Part shown: in pieces, positions 8,970-19,323 of the stretch
How positions within the stretch are numbered: the first letter of the stretch is position 1
How the letters are laid out: every line of letters begins with the position of its first letter
From: Thermoproteota archaeon
GTDB taxonomy: Archaea > Korarchaeota > Korarchaeia > Korarchaeales > Korarchaeaceae
Assembly: GCA_027491735.1 (NCBI GenBank)
Contig: JAOZGP010000032.1
Location: forward strand, 1 to 42,442
Length of the DNA stretch: 42,442 nucleotides
Reading direction: 5' to 3'
The notes under the pieces: generated by a model
What the model saw: the letters and a program-made list of their open reading frames with translations, nothing else
Database searches by the model: none
Told to the model about the DNA's origin: nothing
Made by a program: the position numbers and the translations under genes

Positions 8970-9776
8970 TTGGAGATGAAGAGGGTCTCCTTCGTTCAGA
9001 CTGTGCCCATCTTCGGAGAGGTGGAGAGAAATCTGATGAGAGTTGAGAGACTGCTTCCCCGAGATTCTGATCTTGTGGTTCTTCCTGAGTTATTCAACAC
9101 CGGATATTTGCTTCTGAACAAGGAGGAGCTCTTAAAACTGGCCGAGCCTATTGATGGAATAACCGGCAGGTTTCTCGCCAAGTTCTCAAAGGAGCACGGA
9201 ACATCCATAGTGGCTGGACTTCCGGAGAAATCGAAGAATGGAATATACAACTCAGCCATGGTTATAGACGAGACGGGAGACCTCGTGGGTGTTTACAGAA
9301 AAACCCATCTCTTCGGTAGAGAAAAGTTGCTCTTTAGACCAGGAGATACGGGATTTAGGGTCTTTAATCTGTCGGGAATGAGAGTGGGGGTCCTTATATG
9401 CTTCGACTGGATATTTCCGGAGGCCTCGAGGGTCTTAGCTCTTGACGGAGCAGAGGTCTTAGCTCACCCAGCCAACTTGGTTCTTCCTTACGCTCAGAGC
9501 GCCATGTTAACCAGATCTATCGAGAACAGGGTATTCACTGTAACAGCCAACAGATCAGGAGAGGATGACAGATGCGTGGAGAAACTTGAGTTCACTGGAG
9601 CGAGTCAGATAACCAGTCCGGACATGAGAATACTCGTCAGAGCTCCTGAGAGAGGGGAATACGTTGGCACGGCTGAGATTGATCCGAGAGATGCTAGAAA
9701 CAAAAAGATAACTGAACAAAACGACCTCTGGATGGATAGACGACCCGAGTTCTATGGGAGGATCATGAGGAGATGA
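8970..9776 (+). CDS. Carbon-nitrogen hydrolase (nitrilase superfamily)
   Basis: E-K-C triad in LPELF, YRKTHL and ICFDW. Confidence 0.92.
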   Translation: MEMKRVSFVQTVPIFGEVERNLMRVERLLPRDSDLVVLPELFNTGYLLLNKEELLKLAEPIDGITGRFLAKFSKEHGTSIVAGLPEKSKNGIYNSAMVIDETGDLVGVYRKTHLFGREKLLFRPGDTGFRVFNLSGMRVGVLICFDWIFPEASRVLALDGAEVLAHPANLVLPYAQSAMLTRSIENRVFTVTANRSGEDDRCVEKLEFTGASQITSPDMRILVRAPERGEYVGTAEIDPRDARNKKITEQNDLWMDRRPEFYGRIMRR

Positions 9777-10498
9777 GTGATCGAGAGTATCCCAGTAGAC
9801 CTATTGTCGCTGTCGGAATAGTCATTATAAGGGATGGCCGAGTTCTTCTCGTCAAGCGGGCTCACGATCCTGGAAGAGGTACCTGGGCAATACCTGGAGG
9901 AGTTGTGGAGGGCGAGTCTCTACAGGAAGCAGTTAGAAGAGAGGCTTTGGAGGAGCTTGGAGTGAAAGTAGCTCCTAGATTTCCAATTTGGGTGAGCGAA
10001 GTCATCCAGAGAGATGAAGGGGGGAGGAGAAGGTATCACTACGTTATAGTGGACTTCTTGTGTGATCTGGTGGAAGGAAATCCTTCTCCTCGAGATGATG
10101 CCCTCGACCTGGGATGGTTTAATATCGAGAAGCCACCTGATAAGCTAACTGAATCCACTAGAGAGCTGATAGGGGTTCTATCAAGAAGAATTCTCATCGT
10201 GAGGAACTCTGACGTTAGAGAGGTTCTCGTAGGAGCTCCAGAGGGCCATCTCCATAAGAGGACCGTGTTCGTTCTAAACGACGGGATGAAAATAGTTTTA
10301 CAAGAAGCGACCATGGAGAATGTCGCTAGGGCTATTGTAAATGTTGAGATGCATCCTTTTAGAAAATACATCCTGTTAAAAGGGAGGAGGATATCGAAGA
10401 GGGAGAGGAAGAGGGGATATGATGAGTACCAGCTATTGGAGGAGGAAGTTGATGAGGAGGACGTGAAAAGGAGGATATCGAAGGTTCTATGCGAGTGA
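9773..10498 (+). CDS. NUDIX hydrolase (ADP-ribose pyrophosphatase-like) fused to a conserved archaeal domain of unknown function
   Basis: Nudix box GGVVEGESLQEAVRREALEELG, followed by about 100 aa containing PEGHLH, QEAT and HP...YQLLEE. Confidence 0.85.
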   Translation: MSDREYPSRPIVAVGIVIIRDGRVLLVKRAHDPGRGTWAIPGGVVEGESLQEAVRREALEELGVKVAPRFPIWVSEVIQRDEGGRRRYHYVIVDFLCDLVEGNPSPRDDALDLGWFNIEKPPDKLTESTRELIGVLSRRILIVRNSDVREVLVGAPEGHLHKRTVFVLNDGMKIVLQEATMENVARAIVNVEMHPFRKYILLKGRRISKRERKRGYDEYQLLEEEVDEEDVKRRISKVLCE

Positions 10499-11502
10499 GA
10501 GTTAAGCGTCTGATCAGGATCGGTAAGGAGAGCTCCGTTCCACTTATAGGAACACCATTTTTCGGAGTGATAGATAGAGGAACGAACCTCATTCAGGTGA
10601 GACCTACATCAGTTTGTTCTCTGTCGTGTATATTCTGCTCAACCGATGCAGGTCCGAGATCTAGGATGAGGATAGCGGAGTATCTGGTGGATCTGAATTA
10701 CCTGATAGAGTATGTGGAGATGCTGTGCAGAATCAAAGGTGGTGGTGTGGAGGCCCATATAGATACCGTGGGCGATCCCTTCGCCTATCCCAAAATCGTG
10801 GAGCTCATCAGAAGGCTTAGGGAGATTCCCGAGATAGAAGTAATATCAGCCCAGACTCATGGCCCGCTTCTGACTCCCCGTCTCATAGAAGAGCTGGAGA
10901 AAGCAGGTATGGATAGAATAAACTTGAGTATAGACTCGCTGAATGAGGAAAAAGCTAGATATCTGTCGGGGACCGAATGGCTTAAGCTTAGCAGGATACT
11001 AGAAGTCGCTAAGAGAATAGCCGAGAGCTCGATAGACCTTCTGGTAGCTCCAGTGTGGGTTCCTGGGATAAACGATGAGGACATTCCTCAGATCATTCAG
11101 TTCGCTCTGTCCATAGGGGCCGGAAAGAAATGGCCCCCACTTGGCATCCAGAAATATGAGATGTATAGGAGAGGAAGAAAGGTCAGGGTCAGGGAGATGA
11201 GCTGGAGGAGATTCTATTCCGAGTTGAGAAAATGGGAGGAGGAGTTCGGGGTTAAGCTGATAATAGGTCCGAGTGATTTTGGTATAAGAAGAGCTCCGAC
11301 CATTTCTTCCCCCTATAAGCAAGGAGAAGTGATAGAAGTAAAGATCAAATTCCCAGGTCCAAGAAAGGGAGAGATTATTGGAACCACTCGTGAGCGGTCG
11401 ATCATATTGACCGGTCTAGGCTTCCTTCCCAGGGAGGCAGCGATCAGGATCAGGATCTTGAGGAGTCATCACAATCTCTTCGTCGGTATTCCAATAATTT
11501 AA
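10489..11502 (+). CDS. Archaeal radical SAM protein (COG2100-like) with a C-terminal TRAM-like beta domain
   Basis: FGVIDRGTNLIQVRP followed by CxxxCxxC (CSLSCIFC). Confidence 0.88.
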   Translation: MRVRVKRLIRIGKESSVPLIGTPFFGVIDRGTNLIQVRPTSVCSLSCIFCSTDAGPRSRMRIAEYLVDLNYLIEYVEMLCRIKGGGVEAHIDTVGDPFAYPKIVELIRRLREIPEIEVISAQTHGPLLTPRLIEELEKAGMDRINLSIDSLNEEKARYLSGTEWLKLSRILEVAKRIAESSIDLLVAPVWVPGINDEDIPQIIQFALSIGAGKKWPPLGIQKYEMYRRGRKVRVREMSWRRFYSELRKWEEEFGVKLIIGPSDFGIRRAPTISSPYKQGEVIEVKIKFPGPRKGEIIGTTRERSIILTGLGFLPREAAIRIRILRSHHNLFVGIPII

Positions 11503-11693
11503 ATTGAGGATTTTTGTATATATGGGGATGGAGAATTACTTACGTGAAGGAGATTTGGGGAGAGAGGTTAGGAGCTCGTGCTGCGCAGAATTAAACCAGA
11601 TGAATTATTTGAAGCTGATCTATATATCAATATAATTTCCGTAAACGTATGAGCTGTAAGCTTTATCATGAGTGGTGTATACAGAAGATTGGG

Positions 11694-12761
11694 ATGTGCT
11701 TCTCTGGGATAGCAGATCTTCCTCTTCATACAGGCAGAGCTCCGAAGTGGCTCTTCTCTAGGATGAAATCTCTCGGTAAGGAGATCATACGAATCATAGT
11801 TGATGAGTATGGGAAAAAGGAGCTCCTGCTCCGATTGGGGGATCCCTGCTGGTTTCAATCTTTAGGATGTCTTCTCGGTTACGATTGGCACTCCTCCGGG
11901 ATCACGACCGTTCTTACAGCCGTGATACGGGAGGCTCTAGAGGAACTGAATGCTGGAGTAGCTCTAGCAGGAGGAAAGGGAAGAAGGAGTTTGAGCACTC
12001 CAGAGGAGCTTTCCAGAAAGGCAGAATTCCTCGGTTTAGGATATGAGAAGATGAAAAAACTCCTAAGAATAAGCTTTATTGCAGCAAAAGTCGACAACGC
12101 CGTTCTTCAAGACGGATACTCCATCTATCATCACGCCATTGTCTTCTCTGAGGAGGGATACTGGACTGTCGTGCAGCAAGGGATGAACTCCAGCAGTAAG
12201 ATGGCTAGGAGATATCATTGGACTTGGCTCTCCACGAACAAGCTGGTAGTTGAGCCGCACAGTGGAATAGTATGTAATAGACGGGAGAGAGAGGTCCTCG
12301 ACATGACCTCCAGATCCTCGGAGGAGAACAGGAAGGCTTCTCTAGACCTGATAAAGGAAGGCCCTGGCAGGCTTAGGAGAATTTTCAGAGAAATCTATTA
12401 TAATCCTGAGGGGCTCAGTCCATTTTTAGGAGAAAGCCCGAAGGTTTTAGTAATGCCCAGAAGAATTGACTGGAAAGCTGTCGAGAGGGCATACGAGCTC
12501 GATCCTAAGGATTACGAGGAGCTTGTGTCTCTCAAGGGGATCGGTCCTTCCCTTCTAAGGGCTCTTTCTCTAACAGCAGAGGTTGTCTACGGAGCAAAAG
12601 CCAGCCGAAGAGACCCAGTCAAGTTTTCGTTCGCTTTCGGTGGCAAGGACGGCGTTCCATATCCTGTAGACGTGAGAAGGATGGATGAGGTCATCGAGAT
12701 CCTCAGGTCAGACGAGCTGACCTCCAAGTTATTAAGGAAGGTTATCCCGGAGAACTACTGA
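11694..12761 (+). CDS. DUF763 family protein
   Basis: GIADLPLHTGRAPKWL, DWHSSGITT, AKVDNAVLQDG and FAFGGKDGVPYPV. Start moved to ATG 11694. Confidence 0.9.
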   Translation: MCFSGIADLPLHTGRAPKWLFSRMKSLGKEIIRIIVDEYGKKELLLRLGDPCWFQSLGCLLGYDWHSSGITTVLTAVIREALEELNAGVALAGGKGRRSLSTPEELSRKAEFLGLGYEKMKKLLRISFIAAKVDNAVLQDGYSIYHHAIVFSEEGYWTVVQQGMNSSSKMARRYHWTWLSTNKLVVEPHSGIVCNRREREVLDMTSRSSEENRKASLDLIKEGPGRLRRIFREIYYNPEGLSPFLGESPKVLVMPRRIDWKAVERAYELDPKDYEELVSLKGIGPSLLRALSLTAEVVYGAKASRRDPVKFSFAFGGKDGVPYPVDVRRMDEVIEILRSDELTSKLLRKVIPENY

Positions 12762-12782
12762 GCTGATGATATAAAAGGAGGT

Positions 12783-14264
12783 GTGCTCGTCTCTATGGAG
12801 ATCAGACTCAGCAGAGCGGAGTACGATCTTATAAACAAGATAAGATCCCGTGATACCTCAGTAAGGATTGAAGAGTTGGGAGTTCCAAAGAGTACTGCCA
12901 TGGCGCTTATAGAACTTCTCAGAAGCAAAGGTTTAGTTGAGATCAAGGAGATCGTTCAGGAGAGTTACGCCCTCACTGAAAGAGGCAGGAGATACCTGGA
13001 GAAGGGATTTCCTGAGGAGATTCTTTCAAAGATCTCAAGGAATAGGAAGATTTATCTCTCCGAGGCCAGTGAATCCCCTCCTTTTAAGAAGGAACCAAAG
13101 CTCCTCGAGGCTGCTATCGGAGAACTGCGAAAAAAAGGCGTGATAGAGTTCGGAAAAGATGAGAAAGGTTTTTTTATCTTCTTCAAGTCCCCTCCTGAAG
13201 TTCCTGAGAGAGAATTGCTCAAGAGACTTCAGGCGGGTGAGAAGCTCAGCAAGAAGGATATATCACTTCTCGCTAAGAGAGGACTCATTAAGCGTGAGGT
13301 GAAGAAGACTCTTCTCATCAGACCTCTCCCGGTTAAGGCTGAGCTGGTGGTGGAGGTAGCCAAGCTTAACAGAAGACTTCTCGAAAGTGGAGAGTGGAGA
13401 AACGTTCGGCTCAAGAGATACGACGTCAGTGCCTCACCTCCCGAGGTATTTGCTGGAAAACCTCACCCCTATGCCCTGCTATTGGATGAAGTGCGGGATA
13501 TCCTCATCGGGATGGGGTTCAGGGAGGTCAAGAGCCCCATAGTGGAGGCCGAGTTCTGGAACTTTGACGTCCTGTTTCAAGCTCAAGATCACCCAGCCAG
13601 AGAAGTGCACGACTCTTACATGATCGCTTGGCCGAACAGACCTGCCGATCTCGAACAGTATAAAGACCTCATTGAGAAAGTTAGATCTGCCCATGAAAAT
13701 GGTTTTACAACAGGATCTTCTGGATGGGGGTACTCTTGGAGCTTTGACATAGCTAGAAGGCTAATTCTGAGGAGCCAGATGACCGCTGCTTCCGCCAGAT
13801 CCCTGGCAGAGGGTCTGGAAATCCCATCAAAGATCTTCGCTATAGATAAAGTCTTCAGACCTGAGAACCTCGATAGAACACATGCTGCTGAGTTCTATCA
13901 GTGTGAAGGAGTTGTGTTGGCGGAGGATCTGAACGTGCGACACCTGATGGGATTCCTCAAGGAGTTCGTGCTTCAGCTTGGTTTTAAGGAGGTGAGATTC
14001 AAACCTGCTTACTTTCCGTTCACGGAACCGAGTGTTGAAGCTTACGTCAAGCATGAGGATCTTGGCTGGCTTGAGATAGCTGGTTCAGGCCTCTTTAGAC
14101 CTGAAATGATGGTTCCCTTGGGATATGACTTTCCCAGAGTGCAGGCACTGGCTTGGGGAATAGGAATAGGGAGGCTTGCTATGCTCAGGCTCGGACTTGA
14201 CGACATAAGGGACCTCCACTCCCAAGACTTGGACTACCTTAGGAAGCACCCACTGATCTTCTGA
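12783..14264 (+). CDS. pheS: Phenylalanyl-tRNA synthetase alpha subunit
   Basis: WNFDVLFQAQDHPARE, YFPFTEPS and GLFRPE motifs. Confidence 0.97.
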   Translation: MLVSMEIRLSRAEYDLINKIRSRDTSVRIEELGVPKSTAMALIELLRSKGLVEIKEIVQESYALTERGRRYLEKGFPEEILSKISRNRKIYLSEASESPPFKKEPKLLEAAIGELRKKGVIEFGKDEKGFFIFFKSPPEVPERELLKRLQAGEKLSKKDISLLAKRGLIKREVKKTLLIRPLPVKAELVVEVAKLNRRLLESGEWRNVRLKRYDVSASPPEVFAGKPHPYALLLDEVRDILIGMGFREVKSPIVEAEFWNFDVLFQAQDHPAREVHDSYMIAWPNRPADLEQYKDLIEKVRSAHENGFTTGSSGWGYSWSFDIARRLILRSQMTAASARSLAEGLEIPSKIFAIDKVFRPENLDRTHAAEFYQCEGVVLAEDLNVRHLMGFLKEFVLQLGFKEVRFKPAYFPFTEPSVEAYVKHEDLGWLEIAGSGLFRPEMMVPLGYDFPRVQALAWGIGIGRLAMLRLGLDDIRDLHSQDLDYLRKHPLIF

Positions 14265-14276
14265 GGAGGTGATGAT

Positions 14277-15929
14277 ATGCCAATCATCGAGGTGGACAGA
14301 CTGGACCTCTCCTCCCTCGTCGGTGAATGGTTAGATGATGAGACTTTGAAAGAGACTCTGGATAGGACCAAGATGAGCTTGGAGGATATAGCACCTGATA
14401 AGATCGTTATTGAGGTCACCAGTGATAGGATGGACCTTCTCACAACCGAGGGAATTGCAAGAGCGATAAGGGGAGTATTGGGTAAGGAGAGAGGGATTCC
14501 CCGTTATGAGATGGTGGAGACGGATATAACCCTCTCAGTGGATAGCAGCGTGAAATCTATCAGACCGTTTGCCGTTGGAGCTGTTGTGTTTGATGTGAAC
14601 CTGACTGATGAGGTGATAAGGTCCCTGATACAGGCTCAGGAGAAGCTTCACGACACCATAGGAAGGAACAGAAGAAGAGTTGCTATAGGCATACATGATC
14701 TGGACAAAGTTGTGCCCCCGATAAAATATGCTGCTAGGCCCATGGATGAGGTGTTCTTCGTGCCCTTGGGCCAAGATGAGGAGATGAGCGCTAGAGAAGT
14801 CCTTGAAAGAACAGATAAGGGAAGGAAGTACTCCCATCTCATTGAGAATGAGCAGGGACTTGTTCCTCTTATACTGGACTCCAGGGACAGAGTTATGTCC
14901 TTACCTCCTGTGATAAACTCTGAGATGACGAGAGTTACCGATAAAACGAGAAATCTGTTCTTTGATGTAACAGGAACCGATGAGAAATCTATAAGGATAG
15001 CTCTCAACATCCTGGTGTACTCACTTGGTGAAAGAGGGTGCAAAATAGGTAAAATCCAGATAATGGATGGTGAGAAGAATTTCCACCAACCTGAGAGAGA
15101 TCCTAAAAGAATGAGTGTTCCACTTGATTTTGTGAGGAAAATGTCCGGGTTGAATCTAAGCTCCTACGAGATCATTGATCTGTTGAGGAGAGCCCGTCTT
15201 GATGCCGCAATCTCCGGAGATAGAGTGGATGTCTTAATTCCTCCTTTCAGACCGGACTTTCTTCATCCAGTAGACGTCATCGAGGAGATTTTAGTTGTAA
15301 GAGGGCTTAATGAGATGGAGCCCGTCCTGCCTGAAAGGGTGAGCACCATAGGAAGAAGACATCCCATAGAAACCCTCTCCCTCAAGGTGCGAACCTTGAT
15401 GATCGGTCTTGGGTATCAGCAGGTGCTCAACTATGTACTCACTGACGAGGAGATTCTCTTGAGGAGGATGAGAAGAAATGATATGCCTGTGAGATTGCTT
15501 AATCCTGTGAGTTCGAGTTTCTCTGTAGTGAGAGATATGCTTCTACCAGGACTTCTGAGCTTTTTGTCGAGAAACATCCACTCCAAGTACCCTCAGAAGG
15601 TGTTCGAGGTCGGGGACGTGGTGAAGCCGGAATTGAGCAGACCTACGAGGGCGAGAACGGAGAGGCACTTGGCCGCCGTCTATTCAGATGATTCCGTGGG
15701 GTTCGAGGACATACAGTCTCACCTGCACTGTCTGCTGAAATCACTAAAAGTAAGCTTCGAGCTTGAGGAGAGGGCTTTCTCCTTTCTCATAGAGGGGAGA
15801 TCGGCTTCTATTATATCGAAGGAGAGGTCTATTGGATTTATTGGGGAGGTCAGACCGGAGATCTTGAAGGACTTCGGTCTTAATACCCCAGTGGCAGCAT
15901 TCGAGATAGTGCTGGGTGAGATCATATGA
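14277..15929 (+). CDS. pheT: Phenylalanyl-tRNA synthetase beta subunit
   Basis: DRMDLLTTEGIARA, QEKLH, SLPPVINS and RPDFLHPVDVIEE motifs. Confidence 0.97.
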   Translation: MPIIEVDRLDLSSLVGEWLDDETLKETLDRTKMSLEDIAPDKIVIEVTSDRMDLLTTEGIARAIRGVLGKERGIPRYEMVETDITLSVDSSVKSIRPFAVGAVVFDVNLTDEVIRSLIQAQEKLHDTIGRNRRRVAIGIHDLDKVVPPIKYAARPMDEVFFVPLGQDEEMSAREVLERTDKGRKYSHLIENEQGLVPLILDSRDRVMSLPPVINSEMTRVTDKTRNLFFDVTGTDEKSIRIALNILVYSLGERGCKIGKIQIMDGEKNFHQPERDPKRMSVPLDFVRKMSGLNLSSYEIIDLLRRARLDAAISGDRVDVLIPPFRPDFLHPVDVIEEILVVRGLNEMEPVLPERVSTIGRRHPIETLSLKVRTLMIGLGYQQVLNYVLTDEEILLRRMRRNDMPVRLLNPVSSSFSVVRDMLLPGLLSFLSRNIHSKYPQKVFEVGDVVKPELSRPTRARTERHLAAVYSDDSVGFEDIQSHLHCLLKSLKVSFELEERAFSFLIEGRSASIISKERSIGFIGEVRPEILKDFGLNTPVAAFEIVLGEII

Positions 15930-15979
15930 GATCCGATTAGGTTAATAGGATCATGCGCTTTCCTCCCATTGGAGAGGCT

Positions 15980-17257
15980 ATGTTTGAGATCGCGGATGTT
16001 ATGGCCATGGAGATCCTGGATTCGAGGGGTAATCCTACTCTTAAGACGATAGTGAGGACTAAGGGCGGATATGGATTTTTCTGTGTCCCTTCGGGAGCTA
16101 GTAAGGGGAAAAGAGAAGCTTTAGAGCTTAGAGATGGAGGCAGAAGATTTTTAGGTAGAGGAGTTCTACAAGCAGTGCACAACGTCAATACAAAGATCAA
16201 GAAGCTTGTTCTTGGAAAGGACTCCAGGAGACAGGCCGAGATAGACTACCAGATGATAAGAGCTGATGGCACCCCCAACAAGTCAAGATATGGAGCGAAC
16301 GCTATACTTTCTGTCTCAGGAGCTGTCGCTCGGGCTGCGGCGGATACGTCTGATCTTGAGCTCTACGAATATCTAGGAGGAGTGGGAAAGGTCGTGCTAC
16401 CAGTCCCGTTTATGAATATAATAAATGGAGGTCTTCATGCGGGAAATGAGTTGAACATTCAGGAGTTCATGATCGTGCCCGCGAAGTTCGACACCTTTAG
16501 AGACGCCCTAACAGCTGCCGTTGAGGTCTATCAGACCCTTAAGACTCTATTAAAGGAGAACTTCGGCAAGAATTCTGTAAACCTCGGGGATGAGGGGGGT
16601 TTCTCTCCGCCTATGAGAGAAACTAGAGAAGCCTTGTCCTTCCTCGAGAAGGCAATAGAAAAAGCAGGATACTCCGATTCCGTGTATATGGCCCTTGATT
16701 CTGCAGCCAGCAATTTTTACGATGTAAGCGAGGAGGTCTACAGATTAGACGGAAAAATCCTCAGTTCTGGAGAGCTTCTTGAATTTTATATCGAGCTAGT
16801 GAATGAGTTTCCGATAATAAGCTTGGAGGATCCATTTCACGAGGATGATTTCGAATCGTTTGCTGAGATGACCAAAAGGATAGGAGAGGATGTTCAGATA
16901 GTCGGCGATGACATATTCACAACGAACATGGATAGGTTCAAGGAAGGACTCAGGGTTAGAGCTGCCAACACTCTTCTAGTGAAACCGAACCAGATAGGTA
17001 CAATAACGGAGACAATGGAGGTCTCGAGATTTGCTCAATCTAATGGATATCGGATCATGATAAGCCATAGGTCTGGAGAGACCACGGATTCCTTTATAGC
17101 TGATCTGTCAGTTGGTTTGAGATCCGGTGAGATAAAGGCCGGAGCTCCCGCCAGAGGGGAGAGAGTTGCCAAGTACAACAGACTTCTTGAAATAGAGCTC
17201 ACCCGCCCCGACTCTGAGTACTTCGGAGAGAAAGTCCTTCAGCGAGGAACCTCGTGA
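15980..17257 (+). CDS. eno: Enolase
   Basis: ILDSRGNPT, PSGAS, GDEGGF, SHRSGET and RGERVAKYNRLL motifs. Confidence 0.98.
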   Translation: MFEIADVMAMEILDSRGNPTLKTIVRTKGGYGFFCVPSGASKGKREALELRDGGRRFLGRGVLQAVHNVNTKIKKLVLGKDSRRQAEIDYQMIRADGTPNKSRYGANAILSVSGAVARAAADTSDLELYEYLGGVGKVVLPVPFMNIINGGLHAGNELNIQEFMIVPAKFDTFRDALTAAVEVYQTLKTLLKENFGKNSVNLGDEGGFSPPMRETREALSFLEKAIEKAGYSDSVYMALDSAASNFYDVSEEVYRLDGKILSSGELLEFYIELVNEFPIISLEDPFHEDDFESFAEMTKRIGEDVQIVGDDIFTTNMDRFKEGLRVRAANTLLVKPNQIGTITETMEVSRFAQSNGYRIMISHRSGETTDSFIADLSVGLRSGEIKAGAPARGERVAKYNRLLEIELTRPDSEYFGEKVLQRGTS

Positions 17258-18641
17258 AAGGCTCCCTCTTCACCAGTTCCTTTTTTAGAAAAGTCCTGAT
17301 CCCTCTTGGTATTCTCCTGGATTCTCTTTGAGTGAAGATACGTTTTTTTGTTGATGATAATAGCTTAGGAAAACTCCGATCATGTATGTAGCTGGAGATC
17401 AAAGCTACAGCATCCCTCCCTCGTCTGGTCCTGACCACGTACCATCGATCTTCATGTATATATGGTCCGGAGAATACATCAGAGCTGGAGGAGTATTTCT
17501 TCAGAAATTCCTCTTCTCCAAGACCGTTTACCCTTGGACCCTCCCTGAGAACTGCTTTAGGAAGAACCGAGCTCTCAAGCTCAACGGCCACTGCTATTGT
17601 GCTCTTCTCGTCTGTCCATCCAGAGCACCATATAACCTTAAAGTTGTTTTCCTTTAGAAGGATGTTTATCCTCCTGGAGAGGGCTTTAGCCTGGGTCCAC
17701 ATGATTTCTGGGGGAAGATCCACTTCCGAGATCACCACCACGATCAAGTCAGTCCCTCTTGAGGTCATCACAGTCCTGAGCTCCGCCGGAGACAGAGGTT
17801 CCTCCTCTTTCTCTCTGCCGGGTATGGCGAACAAGTCCTCCGTGGGATAGAGAAGCAATGCTCTGCAAGCTGTTGTGAACCTGTAGAACTGAGTTCTGGA
17901 GAGAGGAGCGGCCACATTTCTATTCGGATCTACAGGGTCTATGACTATGAGAGGGTCTCCTTCAAACCTCTCCTCAGCTATAGACCTCGGAACGTTTTTC
18001 TCTATATCTATGTAGACAGGTTCTCTCCAACTGGAGGCTGAGCGTATGAGATCTTCAAAGCCACCATGAGAGAGTATGAGAAGCTCCGTGAGATAGCCGC
18101 TGAATCCCTCGATCTTGGATTCTGCTCCATAAACTCCTACAGCTTTTGCGAAGGACTTTAAGAGCCTAACCTCATCTTTTAAGTGAGGATCAAGTTTTTC
18201 CATTAGATATCTGTGGTGAAGAGGTGTTCTGTCCACCTTGCTCTTCAGGGGTTCTCCGGGATTTATCCTATAGGCGGGGACAAGCTCCACCTCCACACCT
18301 TCCACCAGAGAGATTGTGTAGGGGTGCTCAGCGTACCTTTGTGTGAACGACCCGAAGGCCTCGCGAGCGATGCTCATCACCGTGGTTCCCAAGAGGTTCT
18401 CCGGAAAATTCTTTGGAAAGAGAAGGAATATGTCTATATCAGCCGAGCCAGCTAGCCAAGTATCTCTGGGGACCGATCCAAGTGGAACCACCTCTACTTC
18501 TATATCCCTAGAGGATACCACCTTCTTAACTCTCTCAATTGAGTAGTTCAAAACGCGAAGAACTTTCTTCCTCTCCTCGAGAGAGGGTTTTATCAGTGGA
18601 AGAACATGACTGATAACTTCTCTAAGGTTAGAGGGAGGCAT
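17199..18641 (-). CDS. cca: Class I CCA-adding enzyme
   Basis: GS...DIDIF, YAEHPY, VDRTPLH, GFSGYLTELL and DPVDPNRNVAA. None of the four tRNAs here encodes CCA. Confidence 0.95.
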   Translation of the reverse strand: MPPSNLREVISHVLPLIKPSLEERKKVLRVLNYSIERVKKVVSSRDIEVEVVPLGSVPRDTWLAGSADIDIFLLFPKNFPENLLGTTVMSIAREAFGSFTQRYAEHPYTISLVEGVEVELVPAYRINPGEPLKSKVDRTPLHHRYLMEKLDPHLKDEVRLLKSFAKAVGVYGAESKIEGFSGYLTELLILSHGGFEDLIRSASSWREPVYIDIEKNVPRSIAEERFEGDPLIVIDPVDPNRNVAAPLSRTQFYRFTTACRALLLYPTEDLFAIPGREKEEEPLSPAELRTVMTSRGTDLIVVVISEVDLPPEIMWTQAKALSRRINILLKENNFKVIWCSGWTDEKSTIAVAVELESSVLPKAVLREGPRVNGLGEEEFLKKYSSSSDVFSGPYIHEDRWYVVRTRRGRDAVALISSYIHDRSFPKLLSSTKKRIFTQRESRRIPRGIRTFLKKELVKREPFTRFLAEGLSLRSTQSRGG

Positions 18642-19227
18642 GCCTACTCGCCATGTCCTCCTCGCTCTTGCCCAACCTGTAAGCCAGCTCTGATATCAAA
18701 GCATCAAGGAAGATCATCGAGCTCAGCTCGAAAAGCGTTCCCAAGGGGGTTAAGGGCTCATGCTCACCCGAGATCTGCCTAGCCTCGTAGTCTCTAGTAG
18801 CCGAATCGAGAACTCTACCGGGTATAATGACTTTTAAGTCAGCTGTAGATCCTAGCATTGATTCAGGATAGCTCGTTATCGCAACAACATATGCTCCCAG
18901 CTTCTTAGCCTCCTGTGCGATCGTTGTCGTATATCTGGTCTCTCCAGATCCGCTTATGGCGATGAGAAGGTCACCCGTCTTTATCGGAGGAGTTATCGTC
19001 TCCCCAACAACATACACGTTGAGACCTATGTGCATAAGCCTCATCGCAAAAGCTCTGCCGACAAGTCCGGACCTTCCGGCCCCCACCACGAATATCCTTC
19101 TGTCTCCTGTGGTCCTGAGAATCGCCTTTATCATCCTGTTCACAGTAGTCTCATCAATCAAGCGAAGATTCTCACTTATCTTCTCCATAAGCCTGATAAC
19201 CTTTTCCTTTACTGACGCGGAGACCAC
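18628..19227 (-). CDS. hxlB: 6-phospho-3-hexuloisomerase (SIS domain)
   Basis: GAGRSGLVGRAFAMRLMH, ISGSGET and PLGTLFE motifs. Confidence 0.93.
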   Translation of the reverse strand: MVSASVKEKVIRLMEKISENLRLIDETTVNRMIKAILRTTGDRRIFVVGAGRSGLVGRAFAMRLMHIGLNVYVVGETITPPIKTGDLLIAISGSGETRYTTTIAQEAKKLGAYVVAITSYPESMLGSTADLKVIIPGRVLDSATRDYEARQISGEHEPLTPLGTLFELSSMIFLDALISELAYRLGKSEEDMASRHASL

Positions 19228-19323
19228 CCAGTAACTTAACCAGCTCAGTTAAAAAATAATGATCACCGAGCCATGCAGCCTGGTTGGTCTCGAAAAACTC
19301 GGGGGTTTGGAGACTTCCAGGAG

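Noticed and set aside
11522-11635. 37-codon ORF MGMENYLREG... in the gap between the radical SAM and DUF763 genes
   Set aside because: No recognisable motif or SD; likely chance.
17199-17257. 59-nt convergent overlap of eno and cca
   Set aside because: Short 3' overlaps recur throughout this compact window and need no special explanation.
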